DNA of 64,000 nt from Eledone cirrhosa (GCA_964016885.1 OZ024756.1:13206001-13270000); one strand, 5' to 3'; counted from the stretch's first letter, positions 15,475 to 32,318 are shown. A program made the numbers and translations. Notes: generated from the letters alone by a model not told the origin.

Positions 15475-15989
15475 AAGAATGTGAAATAAAATAGATTTAG
15501 GGGACGGGCGGGATGGAATTTTGAAAAAATATCTTTAGATAAAAATAACAGGTCCATTCATGTTGACATCTCTTACAAAACTGTTGGTGCTGGGGTATTG
15601 TGTACGATTTATTTTTTAGAAAAGTGGATGATGGAGCGCGTCTACCTGAAATGGAAAAAAAACCGTTTTGTAAAATGAGCTATACTTGTGCACGTACGTA
15701 AGCATGTGTGTGTGTGAGTGTGAGTGTGTGTGTGTGTGTTATAGGTCTGTACGAAGCTAAGAATATATATATATATATATATATATATTCTCTTTTACCC
15801 GTTTACCTGTTCCAGCCATCCGGCTGAGGCCATGCTGGGGCACCGCCCTATATATATATATATACACGACGGGCTCTGCAGTTTCTGTCTATCAAATTCC
15901 ACAGACATTTGCACAATGTAACGCACAATGGGACAAAACCGAGTCCTACGTGAAACCCCATGTGACTGTGAAGCACCCCCTCTCTGATC

Positions 15990-16240
15990 CATGCACTGCA
16001 AACACCCTCCGGAGGAACCACATTTCGGTCGCTTGTATTCGCCATCGTATTCTTTAGGTCATTACCCAAGATTCATGACCATTGGCAAGGGTTGGCACGG
16101 ATATCGAATTGAATATAGCCAGTTTGGCTTTTACACCTACCTCTCTTCGTCTAATTACCCAATGCTGAAGCTGGCGCATTACTACACCAGCTCCTGCAAT
16201 TCCTGCACTGAGTGATGGAAGGCACGACGCCATATAAAAC
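15990..16240 (-). mobile_element. Decayed RTE-like LINE fragment (post-RT region)
   Basis: Translation ...EVGVKAKLAIFNSISVPTLANGHESWVMT resembles the K.K..IY.....P.L.YG.ESW motif of RTE/CR1-type ORF2. Confidence 0.55.
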
Positions 16241-16399
16241 ATAACAACGCCGAATTCAATAGAATTAATTATTCTTTTCGTTTAAATGGATTTCTTGACA
16301 ACCTCGGATTATTCTTTTGTGAATCTAGATAATTACGTTTCTATGTTATTGTTTCAGGAAAGGTTTACGACTCTGATACACTGCTGTTAAGGCTTATTG

Positions 16400-16435
<36 letters not shown>

Positions 16436-16438
16436 AGA

Positions 16439-16838
<400 letters not shown>

Positions 16839-16886
16839 TATTAAAACAATGAAATTAAACAAAAAACGGTTAATTCATAGTAAAAC

Positions 16887-17026
16887 TCATTATTTTACGA
16901 TCGTTTCTGGGGGGGTAGTTCCCCGTATGTCCATTCTATTATTGATCTATGTAAAATATATTACAAAATATCATAGTAAGAAAATATATATACGTCTTCA
17001 CTACCCGCCGTCTTCAGAAATAATGA
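16887..17026 (-). ncRNA. Hammerhead ribozyme with ~100-nt stem II insert, inside a TA-flanked element (~16835-17200)
   Basis: Minus strand TCATTATTT-CTGAAGA-CGGCGGGTAGT...ACTACCCCCCCA-GAAA-CGATCG-TA-AAATAATGA: 9-bp stem I and palindromic CGATCG. Inverted arms at 16835-16860 / 17036-17061. Confidence 0.7.
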
Positions 17027-17194
17027 TTATATAATGTTTAATTTCATTGTTTTAATATTTCTATTTTTGACTCTGTATCCAATGAATCATATCGTTGAAA
17101 ATTTTGTATTTTAAACTTTGCTTCACGACATCTTCTACCTACCGATTACACTGAGTTCTTCATACGGTTTAGACCCTACCATTAATTGTTGGAT

Positions 17195-17237
<43 letters not shown>

Positions 17238-17244
<7 letters not shown>

Positions 17245-17626
17245 ATACTTTGGGAGGGTCATGTTGCCAATAAGAAACACACGCACCAGTTGCTTTCACT
17301 TCAATTTATTATATATTTATAAATTTATAAATTTACAAGAAAGGAATCCCCAGTCACTGAAGAGGTCACAGAGTGTGTGACGAAAGGACTATGACTATAT
17401 ATATAAACAACTATCTGGTTGTGGAACCAACCAACCAACCAGAAATTTATAAGTTTGTAAATTTGTAAATTTGTAAATTTATAAATTTATAAATATATAA
17501 TAAATTGAAGTGAAAGCAACTGGTGCGTGTGTTTCTTATTGGCAACATGACCCTCCCAAAGTATAACAATATCGGTTTCAACACACGATTTCAGATAAAG
17601 AATCTTGCTAAACAAATTCAGAAACG

Positions 17627-17630
<4 letters not shown>
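17238..17630 (+). mobile_element. Fold-back Penelope-like insert, family B
   Basis: Inverted arms of ~100 bp around a hammerhead-bearing core, with a 3' tail ending ...CAAATTCAGAAACG. Near-identical to the GIY-YIG-bearing copy at 34111-34962. Confidence 0.8.
17352..17396 (+). ncRNA. Minimal hammerhead ribozyme (family B)
   Basis: AGTCA-CTGAAGA-G-GTCACA GAGTG TGTGAC-GAAA-GGAC-TA-TGACT. Confidence 0.7.
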
Positions 17631-17662
<32 letters not shown>

Positions 17663-18245
17663 CCAGAGAACGTCTCTATGAATCACCTAAGAGAACATTA
17701 GTCTACGACCTCTTTTATACCATAAACGTGGTTCTGTCTTTGCGCGTAATTGTTTTTCACCGCTCCTATTAATGACGTATTATATTCGTTTTTTCCCGTT
17801 CTTTGCCAGGGAACGTTTCCACGAACCAAAGTATCGTCTTCCTGTCTTCCTTCGGTTGCAACGTTTTTTGAAATATCCACTTCTGCGTTTACAGATTGAC
17901 TTTGTTAGTTTCAGAAGATCCCGTTAAGGGTGAAAGCAGCGATTCTTTGCTTAAACTTTAATCTGTTATTTTAATAAATATATATATATATATAAAAGAG
18001 TCTATAATATATATATATTACAAAAAACGAGCAAGTTTCGTTTACATGTATGAGATATTTATTATGCATCGACCTGTTACTTACGCGCGTTTGAGCCAAT
18101 CCTTTGCGAAACACACGTAACAAGTCGATGCACAATAAATATATTTTACATGGAAACGAAACGTTTTCTTCTAATATATCCACTCTACCTGTACATAGAG
18201 TGCTTGCTTTGGTAGCAACACCAGTTATTCACTGAATCACCTACG

Positions 18246-18308
<63 letters not shown>

Positions 18309-18447
18309 TTGAATATATTTCAACTTATCGTTTTCGGTGCGCCTGGCCGACTGAACTTACTCGATATGCAAATTAGGCTGCTCAGCCGTTAATTTTCATA
18401 AGGAAAGTATATACTTTCGAACGTTCAACCATCTGGCAGAAGGGTAT

Positions 18448-18490
18448 ACGGTGCTGATGATAGCTAAGAAGCTTGAAACTAGTACATCGT
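18448..18490 (+). ncRNA. Minimal hammerhead ribozyme in a TA-flanked element (~18307-18715; related sequence inverted at ~52600-52860)
   Basis: ACGGTG-CTGATGA-TAGCT AAGA AGCTT-GAAA-CTAG-TA-CATCGT, with palindromic CTAG and a GUA cleavage triplet. Confidence 0.75.
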
Positions 18491-18711
18491 TCCTGTGTCA
18501 GTGTTGAACAAAAAGGTGACGTGGTTGCCTTAACACCGTACGGCATGAATCAGGCTGTCCGTTTGTTTACAAACGGACAAAGCGGGCGTTATAATAAACG
18601 TCCGCTAAACTGATACGTACATATATATATGTGTACCTGTATGTATATATATATATATGCATACTACTGTACGTCTGTATACATATATGTATGTACGTAT
18701 ACATACATACT

Positions 18712-18828
<117 letters not shown>

Positions 18829-18870
18829 TATATATATATGTATATATGTATATATATATGTAAATGTATA

Positions 18871-18923
<53 letters not shown>

Positions 18924-18980
18924 ACTTGTATATTATGAAATGCTGTTCGCTTTTTCGCTGCAGTGTTTTCTATACCTTTC

Positions 18981-19868
<888 letters not shown>

Positions 19869-20129
19869 GGGGAAGAGAGAAGTTGACACACACAGATAGA
19901 AAGAGAGAGAGAGAGAAGGTGTGAAATAAATAGATGAATATATCAACGACGAAACAAATATTGTAATTGTAAAAAGAAAAACAAACGCTGATGTTCCTGG
20001 TTAATATATTGAATATTTAGTTTATTAAAAAAACAACACATAGAACGGAAATAACATGCATATATATACATATATATATATATTTCTTTTCTTTTCAATG
20101 GCTGACAATACCTTACCGGCGCCACTCGA

Positions 20130-20445
20130 ATAAGGTAGTTATTTAACCCATAAGTGGAGCCCTAACAGGTACTACCACCCCGGGCCAGGGCAGACCTGGG
20201 AGTCAGACAACTTAGGGGTAACTCCACATTCCCCACAACTCCTGAACTCCCGAACTGGAGCCTTGCCACTGGATGTAGTTTAATGTCATAGAAGAGGAAG
20301 ACCAAGGTTAACGTATGTTGATGCCCTAAGGACAGACACTGGCCTATTGGAGACGCAGGACATGGCAGGGATAATGAGGGACAGAGACCGCTGGAGAGAA
20401 CTCGTCCATGGATCTCGGGAATTTTACCCGCCTTAGAATAGAATA
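20130..20445 (+). mobile_element. RTE-like LINE/SINE 3' fragment
   Basis: Translates in part to RGRPRLTYVDALRTDTG and MRDRDRW, typical of RTE ORF C-termini, followed by an (AATAG)n tail. Confidence 0.5.
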
Positions 20446-20525
<80 letters not shown>

Positions 20526-20532
<7 letters not shown>

Positions 20533-20838
20533 CGAAACATAAGTTAATTGCATGAACTCATAATCCTTTATTTAGTGCTATATATATTTCGATGATAGCC
20601 ATTGAAACATAACACTATAAACACTAAGCTGGCATATCTAAGAACTGACTAACTGCCTGATGAGGTCATAGCCATTCAATGGCTATCATCGAAATATATA
20701 TAGCAGTAAATAAAAGATTATGAGTTCATGCAATTGACTTATGTTTCGTCACTATTATAACTCCGGAACTTATATCTTCGTTGAGTGCTCCCTATCCGCA
20801 TACTGAAGTACTGGATTTTACCAACACTTACTTTCTTG

Positions 20839-20840
<2 letters not shown>
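20526..20840 (+). mobile_element. Fold-back Penelope-like insert, family D
   Basis: Inverted arms at 20526-20608 / 20675-20755 with a right tail, between two (TA)n tracts. Confidence 0.7.
20652..20707 (+). ncRNA. Minimal type I hammerhead ribozyme (family D)
   Basis: ACTGC-CTGATGA-GGTCATAGCCA TTCAA TGGCTATCATC-GAAA-TATATA-TA-GCAGT. Confidence 0.85.
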
Positions 20841-20896
<56 letters not shown>

Positions 20897-20897
<1 letters not shown>

Positions 20898-21504
20898 TTA
20901 TAAACTCGAACAGTCTTTTACAATTAATTAGCTCAAAGAAAGAAGTATTTCTGAGCCGTGAAATACAAGTTAATATAAATTAATATATATGATAAACACT
21001 AATACAATCATATAGGTGTTTGTATTGTAAATGACCAAGTTAGCTAGATTGAAAAATACTAATTAGATTAATACAGTTTGCCTGTCTCGATTTAAAATAA
21101 TAAATCAATAAAAACAAACCCATATTGGCAATGGCCGTGGTACTTGGACAAATTTAAATTTCAAAATCCAAACCTGTTCCGTAGATAAGTTTAAACTTCA
21201 AAACCCAAATAAGTTTCGATAATTGAAAAAGTGAAAAATTCCATCTTCTGCTCTCATCAGCAAGTACCCAGAAAATTGGTATGTTTCACCTCAAAATATT
21301 TAGGAGAACTGATTGACGCACATGGCTTTTCGGCCATGGCCAATATGGGTTTGTTTTTATTGATTTATTATTTTAAATCGAGACAGGCAAACTGTATTAA
21401 TCTAATTAGTATTTTTCAATCTAGCTAACTTGGTCATTTACAGTGCAAACACCTATATGATTGTATTAGTGTTTATCATATATATTAATTTATATTAACT
21501 TGTA
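20897..21504 (-). mobile_element. Fold-back Penelope-like insert, family E
   Basis: Inverted arms at 20964-21137 / 21331-21504, left tail at 20897-20963, hammerhead in the spacer. Confidence 0.7.
21139..21268 (-). ncRNA. Type I hammerhead ribozyme with extended G-U-rich stem III
   Basis: Minus strand GGTACTTG-CTGATGA-GA..TC-GAAAC..(long hairpin)..GTC-CAAGTACC: 8-bp stem I and a GUC site. Confidence 0.8.
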
Positions 21505-21513
21505 TATATATAT

Positions 21514-22594
<1,081 letters not shown>

Positions 22595-22665
22595 TGTCTG
22601 TAGATGAGCATAACACAACATATTTCGGTCATAATGATCTTTTTAAGCATCTCCAATGGAATAAT

Positions 22666-22712
<47 letters not shown>

Positions 22713-22824
22713 TAATAATAATAATAATAATGATAACGCTTTCTTTATTAACCACAAGGTTTACATAAAGTAGACATTAAGGACAGTACAGGACAATACA
22801 GGGCGGTACAAATGAGCAATAATA

Positions 22825-22985
22825 ATAATATCCCGAAGAGTTTTCAAGGATGATTAAAGAACATTAGTTCAGCCACCTTTTTTGGAACATTTCAAAAGGC
22901 ATGCTTGCTGGCAACAGCAAGAACCCTCCGATACGTCCTGAATATCCGAGGCTGCAGGTAGCGGCTTGATGTTCATTTGAACCAA
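22825..22985 (+). mobile_element. Non-LTR retrotransposon C-terminal remnant (R4/NeSL-like, restriction-like endonuclease type)
   Basis: Translates to FQKACLLATARTLRYVLNI, resembling the QK..LL.TA.ILR terminus of such elements. Confidence 0.45.
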
Positions 22986-23258
22986 CTTTCCAGTTAAATA
23001 ACATCAATGACTGATACTCCAAGAAAATTAAAAAAATAGGAATAGTAGTAATTATAATGATAATAATATATCACTATGTAAATCAATACAGAGAAATAAT
23101 ATATCGATATATAAGCAAAAGAGAGAAACAAACATTATTTTTATTCAATTGTTATTTTGTTTCAATAATTATTAATATTGTGTGAGAAAGCCTTGTTTAC
23201 ATTTTTTAAAAACCAGTGTTAAAAATATTTCGAAAGAAAAAAAAAAAAAATAAAGGAC

Positions 23259-26200
23259 CCATTGGTCGTGCAACTTGTGATATCACCAGATCAAACTAAG
23301 GAAACAATGTTTCCATTGGTCGTGCAACTTCTGATATCACCAGATCAAACTAAGGAAACAATGTTTTCATTGGTCATACCACTTCTGATATCACCAGATC
23401 AAACTAAGGAAACAATGTTTCCATTGGTCGTGCAACTTCTGATATCACCAGATCAAACTAAGGAAACAATGTTTCCATTGGTCGTGCAACTTCTGATATC
23501 ACCAGATCAAACTAAGGAAACAATGTTTCCATTGGTCGTGCAACTTGTGATATCACCAGCTCAAACTAAGGAAACAATGTTTCCATTGGTCATACCACTT
23601 GTGATATCACCAGATCAAACTAAGGAAACAATGTTTCCATTGGTCGTGCAACTTGTGATATCACCAGATCAAACTAAGGAAACAATGTTTCCATTGGTCG
23701 TGCAACTTCTGATATCACCAGATCAAACTAAGGAAACAATGTTTCCATTGGTCATACCACTTGTGATATCACCAGATCAAACTAAGGAAACAATGTTTCC
23801 ATTGGTCGTGCAACTTCTGATATCACCAGATCAAACTAAGGAAACAATGTTTCCATTGGTCGTGCAACTTCTGATATCACCAGATCAAACTAAGGAAACA
23901 ATGTTTCCATTGGTCATACCACTTGTGATATCACCAGATCAAACTAAGGAAACAATGTTTCCATTGGTCATACCACTTGTGATATCACCAGATCAAACTA
24001 AGGAAACAATGTTTCCATTGGTCGTGCAACTTCTGATATCACCAGATCAAACTAAGGAAACAATGTTTTCATTGGTCGTGCAACTTCTGATATCACCAGA
24101 TCAAACTAAGGAAACAATGTTTCCATTGGTCATACCATTTCTGATATCACCAGATCAAACTAAGGAAACAATGTTTCCATTGGTCGTACCACTTGTGATA
24201 TCACCAGATCAAACTAAGGAAACAATGTTTCCATTGGTCGTGCAACTTCTGATATCACCAGATCAAACTAAGGAAACAATGTTTCCATTGGTCATACCAC
24301 TTGTGATATCACCAGATCAAACTAAGGAAACAATGTTTCCATTGGTCATACCACTTGTGATATCACCAGATCAAACTAAGGAAACAATGTTTCCATTGGT
24401 CGTGCAACTTCTGATATCACCAGATCAAACTAAGGAAACAATGTTTCCATTGGTCATACCACTTGTGATATCACCAGATCAAACTAAGGAAACAATGTTT
24501 TCATTGGTCGTGCAACTTCTGATATCACCAGATCAAACTAAGGAAACAATGTTTCCATTGGTCATACCACTTCTGATATCACCAGATCAAACTAAGGAAA
24601 CAATGTTTCCATTGGTCATACCACTTGTGATATCACCAGATCAAACTAAGGAAACAATGTTTCCATTGGTCATACCACTTGTGATATCACCAGATCAAAC
24701 TAAGGAAACAATGTTTCCATTGGTCATACCACTTGTGATATCACCAGATCAAACTAAGGAAACAATGTTTCCATTGGTCATACCACTTGTGATATCACCA
24801 GATCAAACTAAGGAAACAATGTTTCCATTGGTCATACCACTTGTGATATCACCAGATCAAACTAAGGAAACAATGTTTTCATTGGTCGTGCAACTTCTGA
24901 TATCACCAGATCAAACTAAGGAAACAATGTTTCCATTGGTCATACCACTTCTGATATCACCAGATCAAACTAAGGAAACAATGTTTCCATTGGTCATACC
25001 ACTTGTGATATCACCAGATCAAACTAAGGAAACAATGTTTCCATTGGTCATACCACTTGTGATATCACCAGATCAAACTAAGGAAACAATGTTTCCATTG
25101 GTCATACCACTTGTGATATCACCAGATCAAACTAAGGAAACAATGTTTCCATTGGTCATACCACTTGTGATATCACCAGATCAAACTAAGGAAACAATGT
25201 TTCCATTGGTCATACCACTTGTGATATCACCAGATCAAACTAAGGAAACAATGTTTCCATTGGTCATACCACTTGTGATATCACCAGATCAAACTAAGGA
25301 AACAATGTTTCCATTGGTCATACCACTTGTGATATCACCAGATCAAACTAAGGAAACAATGTTTCCATTGGTCATACCACTTGTGATATCACCAGATCAA
25401 ACTAAGGAAACAATGTTTCCATTGGTCATACCACTTGTGATATCACCAGATCAAACTAAGGAAACAATGTTTCCATTGGTCATACCACTTGTGATATCAC
25501 CAGATCAAACTAAGGAAACAATGTTTCCATTGGTCATACCACTTGTGATATCACCAGATCAAACTAAGGAAACAATGTTTCCATTGGTCATACCACTTGT
25601 GATATCACCAGATCAAACTAAGGAAACGATGTTTCCATTGGTCATACCACTTGTGATATCACCAGATCAAACTAAGGAAACAATGTTTTCATTGGTCATA
25701 CCACTTGTGATATCACCAGATCAAACTAAGGAAACAATGTTTCCATTGGTCGTGCAACTCCTGATATCACCAGATCAAACTAAGGAAACAATGTTTCCAT
25801 TGGTCATACCACTTGTGATATCACCAGATCAAACTAAGGAAACAATGTTTCCATTGGTCATACCACTTGTGATATCACCAGATCAAACTAAGGAAACAAT
25901 GTTTCCATTGGTCATACCACTTGTGATATCACCAGATCAAACTAAGGAAACAATGTTTCCATTGGTCATACCACTTGTGATATCACCAGATCAAACTAAG
26001 GAAACAATGTTTCCATTGGTCATACCACTTGTGATATCACCAGATCAAACTAAGGAAACGATGTTTCCATTGGTCATACCACTTGTGATATCACCAGATC
26101 AAACTAAGGAAACGATGTTTCCATTGGTCATACCACTTGTGATATCACCAGATCAAACTAAGGAAACAATGTTTCCATTGGTCATACCACTTGTGATATC

Positions 26201-29200
26201 ACCAGATCAAACTAAGGAAACAATGTTTCCATTGGTCGTGCAACTTCTGATATCACCAGATCAAACTAAGGAAACAATGTTTCCATTGGTCATACCACTT
26301 GTGATATCACCAGATCAAACTAAGGAAACAATGTTTCCATTGGTCATACCACTTGTGATATCACCAGATCAAACTAAGGAAACAATGTTTCCATTGGTCA
26401 TACCACTTGTGATATCACCAGCTCAAACTAAGGAAACAATGTTTCCATTGGTCATACCACTTGTGATATCACCAGATCAAACTAAGGAAACAATGTTTTC
26501 ATTGGTCATACCACTTGTGATATCACCAGATCAAACTAAGGAAACAATGTTTCCATTGGTCATACCACTTGTGATATCACCAGCTCAAACTAAGGAAACA
26601 ATGTTTCCATTGGTCATACCACTTGTGATATCACCAGATCAAACTAAGGAAACGATGTTTCCATTGGTCATACCACTTGTGATATCACCAGATCAAACTA
26701 AGGAAACAATGTTTTCATTGGTCATACCACTTGTGATATCACCAGATCAAACTAAGGAAACAATGTTTTCATTGGTCGTGCAACTCCTGATATCACCAGA
26801 TCAAACTAAGGAAACAATGTTTCCATTGGTCATACCACTTGTGATATCACCAGATCAAACTAAGGAAACAATGTTTCCATTGGTCATACCACTTGTGATA
26901 TCACCAGATCAAACTAAGGAAACAATGTTTCCATTGGTCGTGCAACTCCTGATATCACCAGATCAAACTAAGGAAACAATGTTTTCATTGGTCGTGCAAC
27001 TTGTGATATCACCAGATCAAACTAAGGAAACAATGTTTTCATTGGTCGTGCAACTTGTGATATCACCAGATCAAACTAAGGAAACAATGTTTCCATTGGT
27101 CATACCACTTGTGATATCACCAGATCAAACTAAGGAAACAATGTTTCCATTGGTCATACCACTTGTGATATCACCAGATCAAACTAAGGAAACAATGTTT
27201 CCATTGGTCATACCACTTGTGATATCACCAGATCAAACTAAGGAAACAATGTTTCCATTGGTCATACCACTTGTGATATCACCAGATCAAACTAAGGAAA
27301 CAATGTTTCCATTGGTCGTGCAACTTGTGATATCACCAGATCAAACTAAGGAAACAATGTTTCCATTGGTCATACCACTTGTGATATCACCAGATCAAAC
27401 TAAGGAAACAATGTTTCCATTGGTCATACCACTTGTGATATCACCAGATCAAACTAAGGAAACAATGTTTCCATTGGTCATACCACTTGTGATATCACCA
27501 GATCAAACTAAGGAAACAATGTTTCCATTGGTCATACCACTTGTGATATCACCAGATCAAACTAAGGAAACAATGTTTCCATTGGTCATACCACTTCTGA
27601 TATCACCAGATCAAACTAAGGAAACAATGTTTCCATTGGTCGTGCAACTTGTGATATCACCAGATCAAACTAAGGAAACAATGTTTCCATTGGTCATACC
27701 ACTTGTGATATCACCAGATCAAACTAAGGAAACAATGTTTCCATTGGTCATACCACTTGTGATATCACCAGATCAAACTAAGGAAACAATGTTTCCATTG
27801 GTCATACCACTTGTGATATCACCAGATCAAACTAAGGAAACAATGTTTCCATTGGTCATACCACTTGTGATATCACCAGATCAAACTAAGGAAACAATGT
27901 TTCCATTGGTCATACCACTTGTGATATCACCAGATCAAACTAAGGAAACAATGTTTCCATTGGTCATACCACTTCTGATATCACCAGATCAAACTAAGGA
28001 AACAATGTTTCCATTGGTCATACCACTTGTGATATCACCAGATCAAACTAAGGAAACAATGTTTCCATTGGTCGTGCAACTCCTGATATCACCAGATCAA
28101 ACTAAGGAAACAATGTTTCCATTGGTCGTGCAACTTGTGATATCACCAGATCAAACTAAGGAAACAATGTTTCCATTGGTCATACCACTTGTGATATCAC
28201 CAGATCAAACTAAGGAAACAATGTTTCCATTGGTCGTGCAACTCCTGATATCACCAGATCAAACTAAGGAAACAATGTTTCCATTGGTCATACCACTTGT
28301 GATATCACCAGATCAAACTAAGGAAACAATGTTTCCATTGGTCATACCACTTGTGATATCACCAGATCAAACTAAGGAAACAATGTTTCCATTGGTCATA
28401 CCACTTGTGATATCACCAGATCAAACTAAGGAAACAATGTTTCCATTGGTCATACCACTTGTGATATCACCAGATCAAACTAAGGAAACAATGTTTCCAT
28501 TGGTCATACCACTTGTGATATCACCAGATCAAACTAAGGAAACAATGTTTCCATTGGTCATACCACTTGTGATATCACCAGATCAAACTAAGGAAACAAT
28601 GTTTCCATTGGTCATACCACTTGTGATATCACCAGATCAAACTAAGGAAACAATGTTTCCATTGGTCATACCACTTGTGATATCACCAGATCAAACTAAG
28701 GAAACAATGTTTCCATTGGTCATACCACTTGTGATATCACCAGATCAAACTAAGGAAACAATGTTTCCATTGGTCATACCATTTCTGATATCACCAGATC
28801 AAACTAAGGAAACAATGTTTCCATTGGTCGTGCAACTCCTGATATCACCAGATCAAACTAAGGAAACAATGTTTCCATTGGTCATACCACTTGTGATATC
28901 ACCAGATCAAACTAAGGAAACAATGTTTCCATTGGTCATACCACTTGTGATATCACCAGATCAAACTAAGGAAACAATGTTTCCATTGGTCATACCATTT
29001 CTGATATCACCAGATCAAACTAAGGAAACAATGTTTCCATTGGTCATACCACTTGTGATATCACCAGATCAAACTAAGGAAACAATGTTTCCATTGGTCG
29101 TGCAACTTGTGATATCACCAGATCAAACTAAGGAAACAATGTTTCCATTGGTCGTGCAACTCCTGATATCACCAGATCAAACTAAGGAAACAATGTTTCC

Positions 29201-31975
29201 ATTGGTCATACCACTTCTGATATCACCAGATCAAACTAAGGAAACAATGTTTCCATTGGTCATACCACTTGTGATATCACCAGATCAAACTAAGGAAACA
29301 ATGTTTTCATTGGTCATACCACTTGTGATATCACCAGATCAAACTAAGGAAACAATGTTTCCATTGGTCGTGCAACTCCTGATATCACCAGATCAAACTA
29401 AGGAAACAATGTTTCCATTGGTCATACCACTTCTGATATCACCAGATCAAACTAAGGAAACAATGTTTCCATTGGTCGTGCAACTTGTGATATCACCAGA
29501 TCAAACTAAGGAAACAATGTTTCCATTGGTCATACCACTTGTGATATCACCAGCTCAAACTAAGGAAACAATGTTTCCATTGGTCATACCACTTGTGATA
29601 TCACCAGATCAAACTAAGGAAACAATGTTTCCATTGGTCGTGCAACTTCTGATATCACCAGATCAAACTAAGGAAACAATGTTTCCATTGGTCATACCAC
29701 TTCTGATATCACCAGATCAAACTAAGGAAACAATGTTTCCATTGGTCATACCACTTGTGATATCACCAGATCAAACTAAGGAAACAATGTTTCCATTGGT
29801 CATACCACTTGTGATATCACCAGATCAAACTAAGGAAACAATGTTTCCATTGGTCATACCACTTGTGATATCACCAGATCAAACTAAGGAAACAATGTTT
29901 TCATTGGTCGTGCAACTTCTGATATCACCAGATCAAACTAAGGAAACAATGTTTTCATTGGTCATACCACTTGTGATATCACCAGATCAAACTAAGGAAA
30001 CAATGTTTCCATTGGTCGTGCAACTCCTGATATCACCAGATCAAACTAAGGAAACAATGTTTCCATTGGTCATACCACTTGTGATATCACCAGATCAAAC
30101 TAAGGAAACAATGTTTTCATTGGTCGTGCAACTTCTGATATCACCAGATCAAACTAAGGAAACAATGTTTTCATTGGTCATACCACTTGTGATATCACCA
30201 GATCAAACTAAGGAAACAATGTTTCCATTGGTCGTGCAACTCCTGATATCACCAGATCAAACTAAGGAAACAATGTTTCCATTGGTCATACCACTTGTGA
30301 TATCACCAGATCAAACTAAGGAAACAATGTTTTCATTGGTCGTGCAACTTCTGATATCACCAGATCAAACTAAGGAAACAATGTTTTCATTGGTCATACC
30401 ACTTGTGATATCACCAGATCAAACTAAGGAAACAATGTTTCCATTGGTCGTGCAACTCCTGATATCACCAGATCAAACTAAGGAAACAATGTTTCCATTG
30501 GTCATACCACTTGTGATATCACCAGATCAAACTAAGGAAACAATGTTTCCATTGGTCATACCACTTGTGATATCACCAGATCAAACTAAGGAAACAATGT
30601 TTCCATTGGTCGTGCAACTTCTGATATCACCAGATCAAACTAAGGAAACAATGTTTCCATTGGTCATACCACTTGTGATATCACCAGATCAAACTAAGGA
30701 AACAATGTTTCCATTGGTCATACCACTTGTGATATCACCAGATCAAACTAAGGAAACAATGTTTCCATTGGTCATACCACTTGTGATATCACCAGATCAA
30801 ACTAAGGAAACAATGTTTCCATTGGTCGTGCAACTCCTGATATCACCAGATCAAACTAAGGAAACAATGTTTCCATTGGTCATACCACTTGTGATATCAC
30901 CAGATCAAACTAAGGAAACAATGTTTCCATTGGTCATACCACTTGTGATATCACCAGATCAAACTAAGGAAACAATGTTTCCATTGGTCATACCACTTCT
31001 GATATCACCAGATCAAACTAAGGAAACAATGTTTCCATTGGTCGTGCAACTTGTGATATCACCAGATCAAACTAAGGAAACAATGTTTCCATTGGTCGTG
31101 CAACTCCTGATATCACCAGATCAAACTAAGGAAACAATGTTTCCATTGGTCATACCACTTGTGATATCACCAGATCAAACTAAGGAAACAATGTTTCCAT
31201 TGGTCGTGCAACTTGTGATATCACCAGATCAAACTAAGGAAACAATGTTTCCATTGGTCATACCACTTGTGATATCACCAGATCAAACTAAGGAAACAAT
31301 GTTTCCATTGGTCGTGCAACTCCTGATATCACCAGATCAAACTAAGGAAACAATGTTTCCATTGGTCATACCACTTGTGATATCACCAGATCAAACTAAG
31401 GAAACAATGTTTCCATTGGTCGTGCAACTCCTGATATCACCAGATCAAACTAAGGAAACAATGTTTCCATTGGTCATACCACTTGTGATATCACCAGATC
31501 AAACTAAGGAAACAATGTTTCCATTGGTCGTGCAACTCCTGATATCACCAGATCAAACTAAGGAAACAATGTTTCCATTGGTCATACCACTTGTGATATC
31601 ACCAGATCAAACTAAGGAAACAATGTTTCCATTGGTCATACCACTTGTGATATCACCAGATCAAACTAAGGAAACAATGTTTCCATTGGTCGTGCAACTC
31701 CTGATATCACCAGATCAAACTAAGGAAACAATGTTTCCATTGGTCATACCACTTCTGATATCACCAGATCAAACTAAGGAAACAATGTTTCCATTGGTCG
31801 TGCAACTTGTGATATCACCAGATCAAACTAAGGAAACAATGTTTCCATTGGTCATACCACTTCTGATATCACCAGATCAAACTAAGGAAACAATGTTTCC
31901 ATTGGTCGTACCATTTCTGATATCACCTGATCAAATTTCTAAGGAAATAATGTTTCCATTGGTTACACCACTTCT
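23259..31975. repeat. 54-bp tandem satellite (~160 units)
   Basis: Unit CCATTGGTCATACCACTTGTGATATCACCAGATCAAACTAAGGAAACAATGTTT, with two main variants and internal palindromes GTGATATCAC and GGAAAC-AAT-GTTTCC. Confidence 0.97.
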
Positions 31976-32235
31976 ACTCGTTGTAACCTCAGGCAAAAGG
32001 AGGTGGGTTTTGAATTCAGAACCCATAACCCCGGATTAAATTTATTTTAGAAAGATGTATAAACATATTTATATATATCCTTTACTTCTTTAAGACTTTT
32101 ACTGGCTTTAGTAATTAGACTGTAGCCATGTTGGGGCGCCACCTTAATTTAGTCGATCATATCAACCCCAGTACATATTTTAAAAATCTGATACTTATGG
32201 GATATAAACACAGACACATTCTTTGTAAACAAATA

Positions 32236-32318
<83 letters not shown>

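Noticed and set aside
23259-31975. CRISPR array or tandem hammerhead satellite
   Set aside because: There are no unique spacers and no cas genes in this eukaryotic context. The minus strand has CTGGTGA and GAAAC, but the core is mutated and stem II is not adjacent to GAAA, and there is no stem I.
23262-32039. 2925-aa repeat protein
   Set aside because: The 54-bp unit is divisible by 3 and lacks a stop in one frame. It has a TTG start at the array edge and no non-repeat domain or splice context.
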